NCBI GenBank assembly: GCA_964035545.1
Contig: CAXIUT010000126.1
Location: forward strand, 273,001-337,000
DNA length: 64,000 bases
Reading direction: 5' to 3'
Origin: Bugula neritina
Taxonomy: Eukaryota; Animalia; Bryozoa
Position numbers and translations under genes: made by a program. The notes beneath the pieces are model-generated. The model saw only the letters and a program-made list of their open reading frames with translations. It was not told the DNA's origin and did not search any database. Shown in pieces: positions 14,419 through 26,231 of the stretch (positions within the stretch are counted from its first letter, which is position 1; every line of letters begins with the position of its first letter).

Positions 14419-14476
14419 AACACGAGCTGACAGCGACTCTATCCAGAAAAATACAAAAAAATACAACTATTCTAAC

Positions 14477-14482
14477 ATGTTT
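14477..14482 (+). other. Right target-site duplication ATGTTT
   Basis: tctaac|ATGTTT|ccatatg; the satellite resumes as in the empty-site copies. Confidence 0.85.
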
Positions 14483-17400
14483 CCATATGTTACAGTGCAT
14501 TTCAGCATGTTGCAGTATATTTCAGTGAGTTGCAGTGTATTTCAGTGTGCTACAGCATATTTCAGTATGTTACAGTATATTGCAATGTGTCGCAGTATAT
14601 TTCAGTATGTTGCAGTATTTTTCAATGTGTTACAGTATATTTCATTAGTTTACCATATATTTCGGTGTGTTGCAGTATATTTCAATGTGTTGCAGTGTAT
14701 TTCAATATGTTACAGTGTATTTCAGCATGTTGTAGTTTTTTGCAGAATATTTTAGTGTGTTGCAGTGTACTTTAGTATTTTGCAGTATTTTTCAATGTGT
14801 TACAGTATATTTCGGTATATTACCGTATATTTAGGTATGTTTCAGTATATTTCAATCTGTTGCAGTGTATTTCAATATGTTGTAGTATGTTGCAGTGTAT
14901 TTCAGTATGTTACAGTGTATTTCAGTATGTTGCAGTATATTTCAGTATGTTACAGTGTATTTCAGTATGTTGCAGTATATTTCAGTGTGTTACAGTGTAT
15001 TTCAGTATGTTGTAGTATATTTCAGTGTGTTACAGTATATTTCAGTATGTTGCAGTATTTTTCAATGTGTTGCAGTGTATTTCAATATGTTACAGCGTAT
15101 TTCAGTATGTTGCAGTGTATTTCAGTATGTAGCAGGGTATTTCAGTATGTTGCAGTGCATTTCAGTATGCTACAGCATATTTCAGTATGTTGCAGTATAT
15201 TGCAATGTGTCGCAGTATATTTCAGTATGTTGCTGTATATTTCAATGTGTTACAGTATATTTCAGTAGTTTATCATACATTTCGGTACGTTGCAGTATAT
15301 TTCAATGTGTTGCAGTGTATTTCAATATGTTACAGTGTATTTCAGTATGTTGTAGTATTTTGCCGCGTATTTCAGTATGTTGCAGTATCTTGCAGTGTAT
15401 TTCAGTATGTTGCAGTATTTTTCAATGTGTTACCGTATATTTCAGTATATTACCATATATTTAGGTATTTTGCAGTATATTTCAATGTGTTGCAGTGTAT
15501 TTCAATATGTTCTAGTAATTTGTGGTGTATTTCAGTATGTTACAGTGTATTTCAGTATGTTGCAGTATGTTTCAATATGTTACAGTGTATTTCAGTATTT
15601 TGCAGTATATTTCAGTGAGTTGCAGTGTATTTCAGTGTGCTACAGCATATTTCAGTATGTTGCAGTATATTGCAATGTGTCGCAGTATGTTGCAGTATTT
15701 TTCAATGTGTTACAGTATATTTCAGTAGTTTACCATATATTTCGGTATGTTGCAGTATATTTCAATGTGTTGCAGTGTATATCAATATGTTACAGTGTAT
15801 TTGAGCATGTTGTAGTATTTTGCAGTGTATTTCAGTATGTTACAGTGTATTTCAGTATGTTGCAGTATGTTTCAATATGTTACAGTGTATTTCAGTATTT
15901 TGCAGTATATTTCAGTGAGTTGCAGTGTATTTCAGTGTGCTACAGCATATTTCAGTATGTTACAGTATATTGCAATGTGTCGCAGTGTATTTCAGTATGT
16001 TGCAGTATTTTTCAAGGTGTTACAGTATATTTCAGTAGTTTACCATATATTTCGGTATGTTGCAGTATATTTCAATGTGTTGCAGTGTATATCAATATGT
16101 TACAGTGTATTTGAGCATGTTGTAGTATTTTGCAGTGTATTTCAGTGTGTTGCAGTGTATTTCAGTATTTTGCAGTATTTTTTAAATGTGTTACAGTGTA
16201 TTTCGGTATATTACCGTATATTTAGGTATGTCGCAGTATATTTCAGTATGTTGCCGTATGTTTCAGTGTGTTGCAGTATATTTCATTTAGTTGCAGTGTA
16301 TTTCAATTTGTTCCAGTGTATGTCAGTATAATGCAGTATGTTGCAGTGTGTTTCAGTATGTTACAGTGTATTTCAGTATGTTGCAGTATCTTGCAGTACA
16401 TTTCAGTATGTTTTATTATGTAGCAGTGTATTTCAGTATGTTGCAATATATTTCAGTATGTTGCAGTATATTTCAGTGTGTTACTGTTTTTTCCAGTATG
16501 TTACAACACATTTCCGTATATTAAACTATATTTCAGCGAGTTACAGTATATTTCAATGTGTTGCAGTGTATTGCAATATGTTACAGCGTATTTCGGTATG
16601 TTGCAGTGTGTTGCAGTGTAATTCAGTATATTACATTGTATTTCAGTGTGTTGCAGTTCATTTCAATATGTAGCAGGGTATTTCAGTATAGTGCAGTGTA
16701 TTTCAGTATGCTACAGCATATTTCAGTATGTTGCAGTATATTGCAATGTGTCGCAGTATATTTCAGTATGTTGCAGTACGTTGCAGTATGTTTCAATATG
16801 TTACGGTGTATTTCAGTATGTTGCAGTATTTTTCAATGTGTTAAAGTGTATTTCAGTAGTTTACCATATATTTCGGTATGTTGCAGTATATTTCAATGTG
16901 TTGCAGTGTATTTCAATATGTTACAGCGTATTTCAGTATGGTGCAGTGTATTTCAGTATGCAGCAGGGTATTTCAGTATGTTGCAGTGCATTTCGGTATG
17001 CTACAGCATATTTCAGTATGTTGCAGTATATTGCAATGTGTCGCAGTATATTTCAGTATGTTGCTGTATATTTCAATGTGTTGCAGTATATTTCAGTATG
17101 TAGCAGTGTATTTCAGTATGTTGCAGTATATTTCAGTGAGTTGCAGTAAATTTCAGTGTGCTACAACATATTTCAGTGTGTTACAGTATATTGCAATGTG
17201 TCGCAGTATATTTCAGTATGTTGCAGTATTGTTCAATGTGTTACAGTATATTTCAGTAGTTTACCATACATTTCAGGACGTCGCAGTATATTTCAATGTG
17301 TTGCAGTGTATTTCAATATGTTACAGTGTATTTCAGTATGTTGTAGTATTTTGCGGCGTATTTCAGTATGTTGCAGTATCTTGCAGTATATTTCAGCATG

Positions 17401-20400
17401 TTGCAGTTATTTTCAATGTGTTACAGTATGTTGCAGTATATTTCAATGTGTTGCAGTGTATTTCAATATGTTCTTGTGTTTTGCAGTGTATTTCAGTTTG
17501 TTACAGTGTATTTCAGTATGTTGCAGTATGTTGCAGTATGTTTCAATATGTTTCAGTGTATTTCAGCATGTTGCAGTATATTTCAGTGAGTTGCAGTGTA
17601 TTTCAGTGTGCTACAGCATATTTCAGTATGTTACAGTATATTGCAATGTGTCGCAGTATATTTCAGTATGTTGCAATATTTTTCAATGTGTTACAGTATA
17701 TTTCATTAGTTTACCATATATTTCGGTGTGTTGCAGTATATTTCAATGTGTTGCAGTGTATTTCAATATGTTGTAGTATGTTGCAGTGTATTTCAGTATG
17801 TTACAGTGTATTTCAGTATGTTGCAGTATATTTCAGTATGTTACAGTGTATTTCAGTATGTTGCAGTATATTTCAGTGTGTTACAGTGTATTTCAGTATG
17901 TTGTAGTATATTTCAGTGTGTTACAGTATATTTCAGTATGTTGCAGTATTTTTCAATGTGTTGCAGTGTATTTCAATATGTTACAGCGTATTTCAGTATG
18001 TTGCAGTGTATTTCAGTATGTAGCAGGGTATTTCAGTATGTTGCAGTGCATTTCAGTATGCTACAGCATATTTCAGTATGTTGCAGTATATTACAATGTG
18101 TCGCAGTATATTTCAGTATGTTACTGTATATTTCAATGTGTTACAGTATATTTCAGTAGTTTACCATACATTTCGGTACGTTGCAGTATATTTCAATGTG
18201 TTGCAGTGTATTTCAGTATTTTGCAGTATTTTTCAATGTGTTACAGTGTATTTCGGTATATTACCGTATATTTAAGTATGTCGCAGTATATTTCAGTATG
18301 TTGCCGTATGTTTCAGTGTGTTGCAGTATATTTCATTTAGTTGCAGTGTATTTCAATTTGTTCCAGTGTATGTCAGTATAATGCAGTATGTTGCAGTGTG
18401 TTTCAGTATGTTACAGTGTATTTCAGTATGTTGCAGTATCTTGCAGTACATTTCAGTATGTTTTAGTATGTAGCAGTGTATTTCAGTATGTTGCAGTATA
18501 TTTCAGTATGTTGCAGTATATTTCAGTGTGTTACTGTTTTTTCCAGTATGTTACAACACATTTCCGTATATTAAACTATATTTCAGCGAGTTACAGTATA
18601 TTTCAATGTGTTGCAGTGTATTGCAATATGTTACAGCGTATTTCGGTATGTTGCAGTGTGTTGCAGTGTAATTCAGTATATTACATTGTATTTCAGTGTG
18701 TTGCAGTTCATTTCAATATGTAGCAGGGTATTTCAGTATAGTGCAGTGTATTTCAGTATGCCACAGCATATTTCAGTATGTTGCAGTATATTGCAATGTG
18801 TCGCAGTATATTTCAGTATGTTGCTGTATATTTCAATGTGTTGCAGTGTATATCAATATGTTACAGTGTATTTGAGCATGTTGTAGTATTTTGCGGCGTA
18901 TTTCAGTATGTTGCAGTATCTTGCAGTATATTTCAGCATGTTGCAGTTGTTTTCAATGTGTTACAGTATGTTTCAGTATATTACCGTATATTTAGGTATG
19001 TTGCAATATATTTCAATGTGTTGCAGTGTATTTCAATATGTTCTAGTGTTTTGCAGTGTATTTCAGTTTGTTACAGTGTATTTCAGTATGTTGCAGTTTG
19101 TTGCAGTATGTTTCCATATGTTACAGTGTATTTCAGCATGTTGCAGTATATTTCAGTGAGTTGCAGTGTATTTCAGTGTGCTACAGCATATTTCAGTATG
19201 TTACAGTATATTGCAATGTGTCGCAGTATATTTCAGTATGTTGCAGTATTTTTCAATGTGTTACAGTATATTTCATTAGTTTACCATATATTTCGGTGTG
19301 TTGCAGTATATTTCAATGTGTTGCAGTGTATTTCAATATGTTACAGTGTATTTCAGCATGTTGTAGTTTTTTGCAGAATATTTCAGTGTGTTGCAGTGTA
19401 CTTTAGTATTTTGCAGTATTTTTCAATGTGTTACAGTATATTTCGGTATATTACCGTATATTTAAGTATGTCGCAGTATATTTCAGTATGTTGCCGTATG
19501 TTTCAGTGTGTTGCAGTATATTTCATTTAGTTGCAGTGTATTTCAATTTGTTCCAGTGTATGTCAGTATAATGCAGTATGTTGCAGTGTGTTTCAGTATG
19601 TTACAGTGTATTTCAGTATGTTGCAGTATCTTGCAGTACATTTCAGTATGTTTTAGTATGTAGCAGTGTATTTCAGTATGTTGCAGTATATTTCAGTATG
19701 TTGCAGTATATTTCAGTGTGTTACTGTTTTTTCCAGTATGTTACAACACATTTCCGTATATTAAACTATATTTCAGCGAGTTACAGTATATTTCAATGTG
19801 TTGCAGTGTATTGCAATATGTTACAGCGTATTTCGGTATGTTGCAGTGTGTTGCAGTGTAATTCAGTATATTACATTGTATTTCAGTGTGTTGCAGTTCA
19901 TTTCAATATGTAGCAGGGTATTTCAGTATAGTGCAGTGTATTTCAGTATGCCACAGCATATTTCAGTATGTTGCAGTATATTGCAATGTGTCGCAGTATA
20001 TTTCAGTATGTTGCTGTATATTTCAATGTGTTGCAGTGTATATCAATATGTTACAGTGTATTTGAGCATGTTGTAGTATTTTGCGGCGTATTTCAGTATG
20101 TTGCAGTATCTTGCAGTATATTTCAGCATGTTGCAGTTATTTTCAATGTGTTACAGTATGTTTCAGTATATTACCGTATATTTAGGTATGTTGCAGTATA
20201 TTTCAATGTGTTGCAGTGTATTTCAATATGTTCTAGTGTTTTGCAGTGTATTTCAGTTTGTTACAGTGTATTTCAGTATGTTGCAGTATGTTGCAGTATG
20301 TTTCCATATGTTACAGTGTATTTCAGCATGTTGCAGTATATTTCAGTGAGTTGCAGTGTATTTCAGTGTGCTACAGCATATTTCAGTATGTTACAGTATA

Positions 20401-23400
20401 TTGCAATGTGTCGCAGTATATTTCAGTATGTTGCAGTATTTTTCAATGTGTTACAGTATATTTCATTAGTTTACCATATATTTCGGTGTGTTGCAGTATA
20501 TTTCAATGTGTTGCAGTGTATTTCAATATGTTACAGTGTATTTCAGCATGTTGTAGTTTTTTGCAGAATATTTTAGTGTGTTGCAGTGTACTTTAGTATT
20601 TTGCAGTATTTTTCAATGTGTTACAGTATATTTCGGTATATTACCGTATATTTAGGTATGTTTCAGTATATTTCAATCTGTTGCAGTGTATTTCAATATG
20701 TTGTAGTATGTTGCAGTGTATTTCAGTATGTTACAGTGTATTTCAGTATGTTGCAGTATATTTCAGTATGTTACAGTGTATTTCAGTATGTTGCAGTATA
20801 TTTCAGTGTGTTACAGTGTATTTCAGTATGTTGTAGTATATTTCAGTGTGTTACAGTATATTTCAGTATGTTGCAGTATTTTTCAATGTGTTGCAGTGTA
20901 TTTCAATATGTTACAGCGTATTTCAGTATGTTGCAGTGTATTTCAGTATGTAGCAGGGTATTTCAGTATGTTGCAGTGCATTTCAGTATGCTACAGCATA
21001 TTTCAGTATGTTGCAGTATATTGCAATGTGTCGCAGTATATTTCAGTATGTTGCTGTATATTTCAATGTGTTACAGTATATTTCAGTAGTTTATCATACA
21101 TTTCGGTACGTTGCAGTATATTTCAATGTGTTGCAGTGTATTTCAATATGTTACAGTGTATTTCAGTATGTTGTAGTATTTTGCCGCGTATTTCAGTATG
21201 TTGCAGTATGTTGCAGTGTATTTCAGTATGTTGCAGTATTTTTCAATGTGTTACCGTATATTTCAGTATATTACCATATATTTAGGTATTTTGCAGTATA
21301 TTTCAATGTGTTGCAGTGTATTTCAATATGTTCTAGTAATTTGTGGTGTATTTCAGTATGTTACAGTGTATTTCAGTATGTTGCAGTATGTTTCAATATG
21401 TTACAGTGTATTTCAGTATTTTGCAGTATATTTCAGTGAGTTGCAGTGTATTTCAGTGTGCTACAGCATATTTCAGTATGTTGCAGTATATTGCAATGTG
21501 TCGCAGTATGTTGCAGTATTTTTCAATGTGTTACAGTATATTTCAGTAGTTTACCATATATTTCGGTATGTTGCAGTATATTTCAATGTGTTGCAGTGTA
21601 TATCAATATGTTACAGTGTATTTGAGCATGTTGTAGTATTTTGCAGTGTATTTCAGTATGTTACAGTGTATTTCAGTATGTTGCAGTATGTTTCAATATG
21701 TTACAGTGTATTTCAGTATTTTGCAGTATATTTCAGTGAGTTGCAGTGTATTTCAGTGTGCTACAGCATATTTCAGTATGTTACAGTATATTGCAATGTG
21801 TCGCAGTGTATTTCAGTATGTTGCAGTATTTTTCAAGGTGTTACAGTATATTTCAGTAGTTTACCATATATTTCGGTATGTTGCAGTATATTTCAATGTG
21901 TTGCAGTGTATATCAATATGTTACAGTGTATTTGAGCATGTTGTAGTATTTTGCAGTGTATTTCAGTGTGTTGCAGTGTATTTCAGTATTTTGCAGTATT
22001 TTTTAAATGTGTTACAGTGTATTTCGGTATATTACCGTATATTTAGGTATGTCGCAGTATATTTCAGTATGTTGCCGTATGTTTCAGTGTGTTGCAGTAT
22101 ATTTCATTTAGTTGCAGTGTATTTCAATTTGTTCCAGTGTATGTCAGTATAATGCAGTATGTTGCAGTGTGTTTCAGTATGTTACAGTGTATTTCAGTAT
22201 GTTGCAGTATCTTGCAGTACATTTCAGTATGTTTTAGTATGTAGCAGTGTATTTCAGTATGTTGCAATATATTTCAGTATGTTGCAGTATATTTCAGTGT
22301 GTTACTGTTTTTTCCAGTATGTTACAACACATTTCCGTATATTAAACTATATTTCAGCGAGTTACAGTATATTTCAATGTGTTGCAGTGTATTGCAATAT
22401 GTTACAGCGTATTTCGGTATGTTGCAGTGTGTTGCAGTGTAATTCAGTATATTACATTGTATTTCAGTGTGTTGCAGTTCATTTCAATATGTAGCAGGGT
22501 ATTTCAGTATAGTGCAGTGTATTTCAGTATGCTACAGCATATTTCAGTATGTTGCAGTATATTGCAATGTGTCGCAGTATATTTCAGTATGTTGCAGTAC
22601 GTTGCAGTATGTTTCAATATGTTACGGTGTATTTCAGTATGTTGCAGTATTTTTCAATGTGTTAAAGTGTATTTCAGTAGTTTACCATATATTTCGGTAT
22701 GTTGCAGTATATTTCAATGTGTTGCAGTGTATTTCAATATGTTACAGCGTATTTCAGTATGGTGCAGTGTATTTCAGTATGCAGCAGGGTATTTCAGTAT
22801 GTTGCAGTGCATTTCGGTATGCTACAGCATATTTCAGTATGTTGCAGTATATTGCAATGTGTCGCAGTATATTTCAGTATGTTGCTGTATATTTCAATGT
22901 GTTGCAGTATATTTCAGTATGTAGCAGTGTATTTCAGTATGTTGCAGTATATTTCAGTGAGTTGCAGTAAATTTCAGTGTGCTACAACATATTTCAGTGT
23001 GTTACAGTATATTGCAATGTGTCGCAGTATATTTCAGTATGTTGCAGTATTGTTCAATGTGTTACAGTATATTTCGGTAGTTTACCATACATTTCAGGAC
23101 GTCGCAGTATATTTCAATGTGTTGCAGTGTATTTCAATATGTTACAGTGTATTTCAGTATGTTGTAGTATTTTGCGGCGTATTTCAGTATGTTGCAGTAT
23201 CTTGCAGTATATTTCAGCATGTTGCAGTTATTTTCAATGTGTTACAGTATGTTGCAGTATATTTCAATGTGTTGCAGTGTATTTCAATATGTTCTTGTGT
23301 TTTGCAGTGTATTTCAGTTTGTTACAGTGTATTTCAGTATGTTGCAGTATGTTGCAGTATGTTTCAATATGTTACGGTGTATTTCAGTATGTTGCAGTAT

Positions 23401-26231
23401 ATTTCAGTGAGTTGCAGTGTATTTCAGTGTGCTACAGCATATTTCAGTATGTTACAGTATATTGCAATCTGTCGCAGTATATTTCAGTATGTTGCAATAT
23501 TTTTCAATGTGTTACAGTATATTTCATTAGTTTACCATATATTTCGGTGTGTTGCAGTATATTTCAATGTGTTGCAGTGTATTTCAATATGTTGTAGTAT
23601 GTTGCAGTGTATTTCAGTATGTTACAGTGTATTTCAGTATGTTGCAGTATATTTCAGTATGTTACAGTGTATTTCAGTATGTTGCAGTATATTTCAGTGT
23701 GTTACAGTGTATTTCAGTATGTTGTAGTATATTTCAGTGTGTTACAGTATATTTCAGTATGTTGCAGTATTTTTCAATGTGTTGCAGTGTATTTCAATAT
23801 GTTACAGCGTATTTCAGTATGTTGCAGTGTATTTCAGTATGTAGCAGGGTATTTCAGTATGTTGCAGTGCATTTCAGTATGCTACAGCATATTTCAGTAT
23901 GTTGCAGTATATTACAAGGTGTCGCAGTATATTTCAGTATGTTGCTGTATATTTCAATGTGTTACAGTATATTTCAGTAGTTTACCATACATTTCGGTAC
24001 GTTGCAGTATATTTCAATGTGTTGCAGTGTATTTCAGTATTTTGCAGTATTTTTCAATGTGTTACAGTGTATTTCGGTATATTACCGTATATTTAAGTAT
24101 GTCGCAGTATATTTCAGTATGTTGCCGTATGTTTCAGTGTGTTGCAGTATATTTCATTTAGTTGCAGTGTATTTCAATTTGTTCCAGTGTATGTCAGTAT
24201 AATGCAGTATGTTGCAGTGTGTTTCAGTATGTTACAGTGTATTTCAGTATGTTGCAGTATCTTGCAGTACATTTCAGTATGTTTTAGTATGTAGCAGTGT
24301 ATTTCAGTATGTTGCAGTATATTTCAGTATGTTGCAGTATATTTCAGTGTGTTACTGTTTTTTCCAGTATGTTACAACACATTTCCGTATATTAAACTAT
24401 ATTTCAGCGAGTTACAGTATATTTCAATGTGTTGCAGTGTATTGCAATATGTTACAGCGTATTTCGGTATGTTGCAGTGTGTTGCAGTGTAATTCAGTAT
24501 ATTACATTGTATTTCAGTGTGTTGCAGTTCATTTCAATATGTAGCAGGGTATTTCAGTATAGTGCAGTGTATTTCAGTATGCCACAGCATATTTCAGTAT
24601 GTTGCAGTATATTGCAATGTGTCGCAGTATATTTCAGTATGTTGCTGTATATTTCAATGTGTTGCAGTGTATATCAATATGTTACAGTGTATTTGAGCAT
24701 GTTGTAGTATTTTGCGGCGTATTTCAGTATGTTGCAGTATCTTGCAGTATATTTCAGCATGTTGCAGTTATTTTCAATGTGTTACAGTATGTTTCAGTAT
24801 ATTACCGTATATTTAGGTATGTTGCAGTATATTTCAATGTGTTGCAGTGTATTTCAATATGTTCTAGTGTTTTGCAGTGTACTTCAGTTTGTTACAGTGT
24901 ATTTCAGTATGTTGCAGTATGTTGCAGTATGTTTCCATATGTTACAGTGTATTTCAGCATGTTGCAGTATATTTCAGTGAGTTGCAGTGTATTTCAGTGT
25001 GCTACAGCATATTTCAGTATGTTACAGTATATTGCAATGTGTCGCAGTATATTTCAGTATGTTGCAGTATTTTTCAATGTGTTACAGTATATTTCATTAG
25101 TTTACCATATATTTCGGTGTGTTGCAGTATATTTCAATGTGTTGCAGTGTATTTCAATATGTTACAGTGTATTTCAGCATGTTGTAGTTTTTTGCGGAAT
25201 ATTTCAGTGTGTTGCAGTGTACTTTAGTATTTTGCAGTATTTTTCAATGTGTTACAGTATATTTCGGTATATTACCGTATATTTAGGTATGTTTCAGTAT
25301 ATTTCAATCTGTTGCAGTGTATTTCAATATGTTGTAGTATGTTGCAGTGTATTTCAGTATGTTACAGTGTATTTCAGTATGTTGCAGTATATTTCAGTAT
25401 GTTACAGTGTATTTCAGTATGTTGCAGTATATTTCAGTGTGTTACAGTGTATTTCAGTATGTTGTAGTATATTTCAGTGTGTTACAGTATATTTCAGTAT
25501 GTTGCAGTATTTTTCAATGTGTTGCAGTGTATTTCAATATGTTACAGCGTATTTCAGTATGTTGCAGTGTATTTCAGTATGTAGCAGGGTATTTCAGTAT
25601 GTTGCAGTGCATTTCAGTATGCTACAGCATATTTCAGTATGTTGCAGTATATTGCAATGTGTCGCAGTATATTTCAGTATGTTGCTGTATATTTCAATGT
25701 GTTACAGTATATTTCAGTAGTTTATCATACATTTCGGTACGTTGCAGTATATTTCAATGTGTTGCAGTGTATTTCAATATGTTACAGTGTATTTCAGTAT
25801 GTTGTAGTATTTTGCCGCGTATTTCAGTATGTTGCAGTATCTTGCAGTGTATTTCAGTATGTTGCAGTATTCTTCAATGTGTTACCGTATATTTCAGTAT
25901 ATTACCATATATTTAGGTATGTTGCAGTATATTTCAATGTGTTGCAGTGTATTTCAATATGTTCTAGTAATTTGTGGTGTATTTCAGTATGTTACAGTGT
26001 ATTTCAGTATGTTGCAGTATGTTTCAATATGTTACAGTGTATTTCAGTATTTTGCCGTATATTTCAGTGAGTTGCAGTGTATTTCAGTGTGCTACAGCAT
26101 ATTTCAGTATGTTGCAGTATATTGCAATGTGTCGCAGTATGTTGCAGTATTTTTCAATGTGTTACAGTATATTTCAGTAGTTTACCATATATTTCGGTAT
26201 GTTGCAGTATATTTCAATGTGTTGCAGTGTA

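Larger units (their letters stand above)
14298..14476 (-). mobile_element. 5'-truncated 3' end (3'UTR + tail) of a non-LTR retrotransposon or its SINE partner, probably L2/Crack/CR1 group
   Basis: 179 bp of non-satellite DNA flanked by ATGTTT direct repeats. The minus strand ends ...CTTTGATGAAATAAACC(AAAC)n and contains the GC-rich stem-loop GGCCCGCGCATGACTAGCTAGGCTATAGCGCAATGGGCC. The empty site gttgcagtATGTTTccatatg is present in sister copies (~8519, ~20298). The clade assignment rests on general knowledge of these 3' ends, not a database hit. Confidence 0.85.
7661..25260 (+). repeat. Higher-order repeat, three tandem copies of a 5821-bp unit (7661-13481, 13482-19439 [+137 bp], 19440-25260)
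   Basis: The ORF spanning the marker block (attaaactat...cagcga) starts at 7799/10380/12430, 13620/16338/18388 and 19578/22159/24209. Offsets are 5821 and 5958. Confidence 0.9.
1..26231 (+). repeat. Tandem satellite array, 10-bp monomer / 20-bp dimer (GTTGCAGTAT ATTTCAGTAT), T/G-rich strand on +; left arm (open at window start)
   Basis: Continuous 10-bp periodic sequence. Monomers alternate GTT(G/A)CAGT(A/G)T and ATTTCA(G/A)T(A/G)T. The only interruption is the 14298-14476 insertion. Confidence 0.98.

Noticed and set aside
14298-14476. tRNA, tRNA-derived SINE head, or DNA transposon (MITE)
   Set aside because: I see no A/B boxes, cloverleaf or terminal inverted repeats. The polarity and tail fit a LINE-type 3' end.
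14010-14755. ORFs with non-repetitive peptide (…NNTRTLENAKEAMMRPIAL; MRGPTRADSDSIQK…)
   Set aside because: These are antisense read-through of the retroelement 3'UTR fused to satellite frames.
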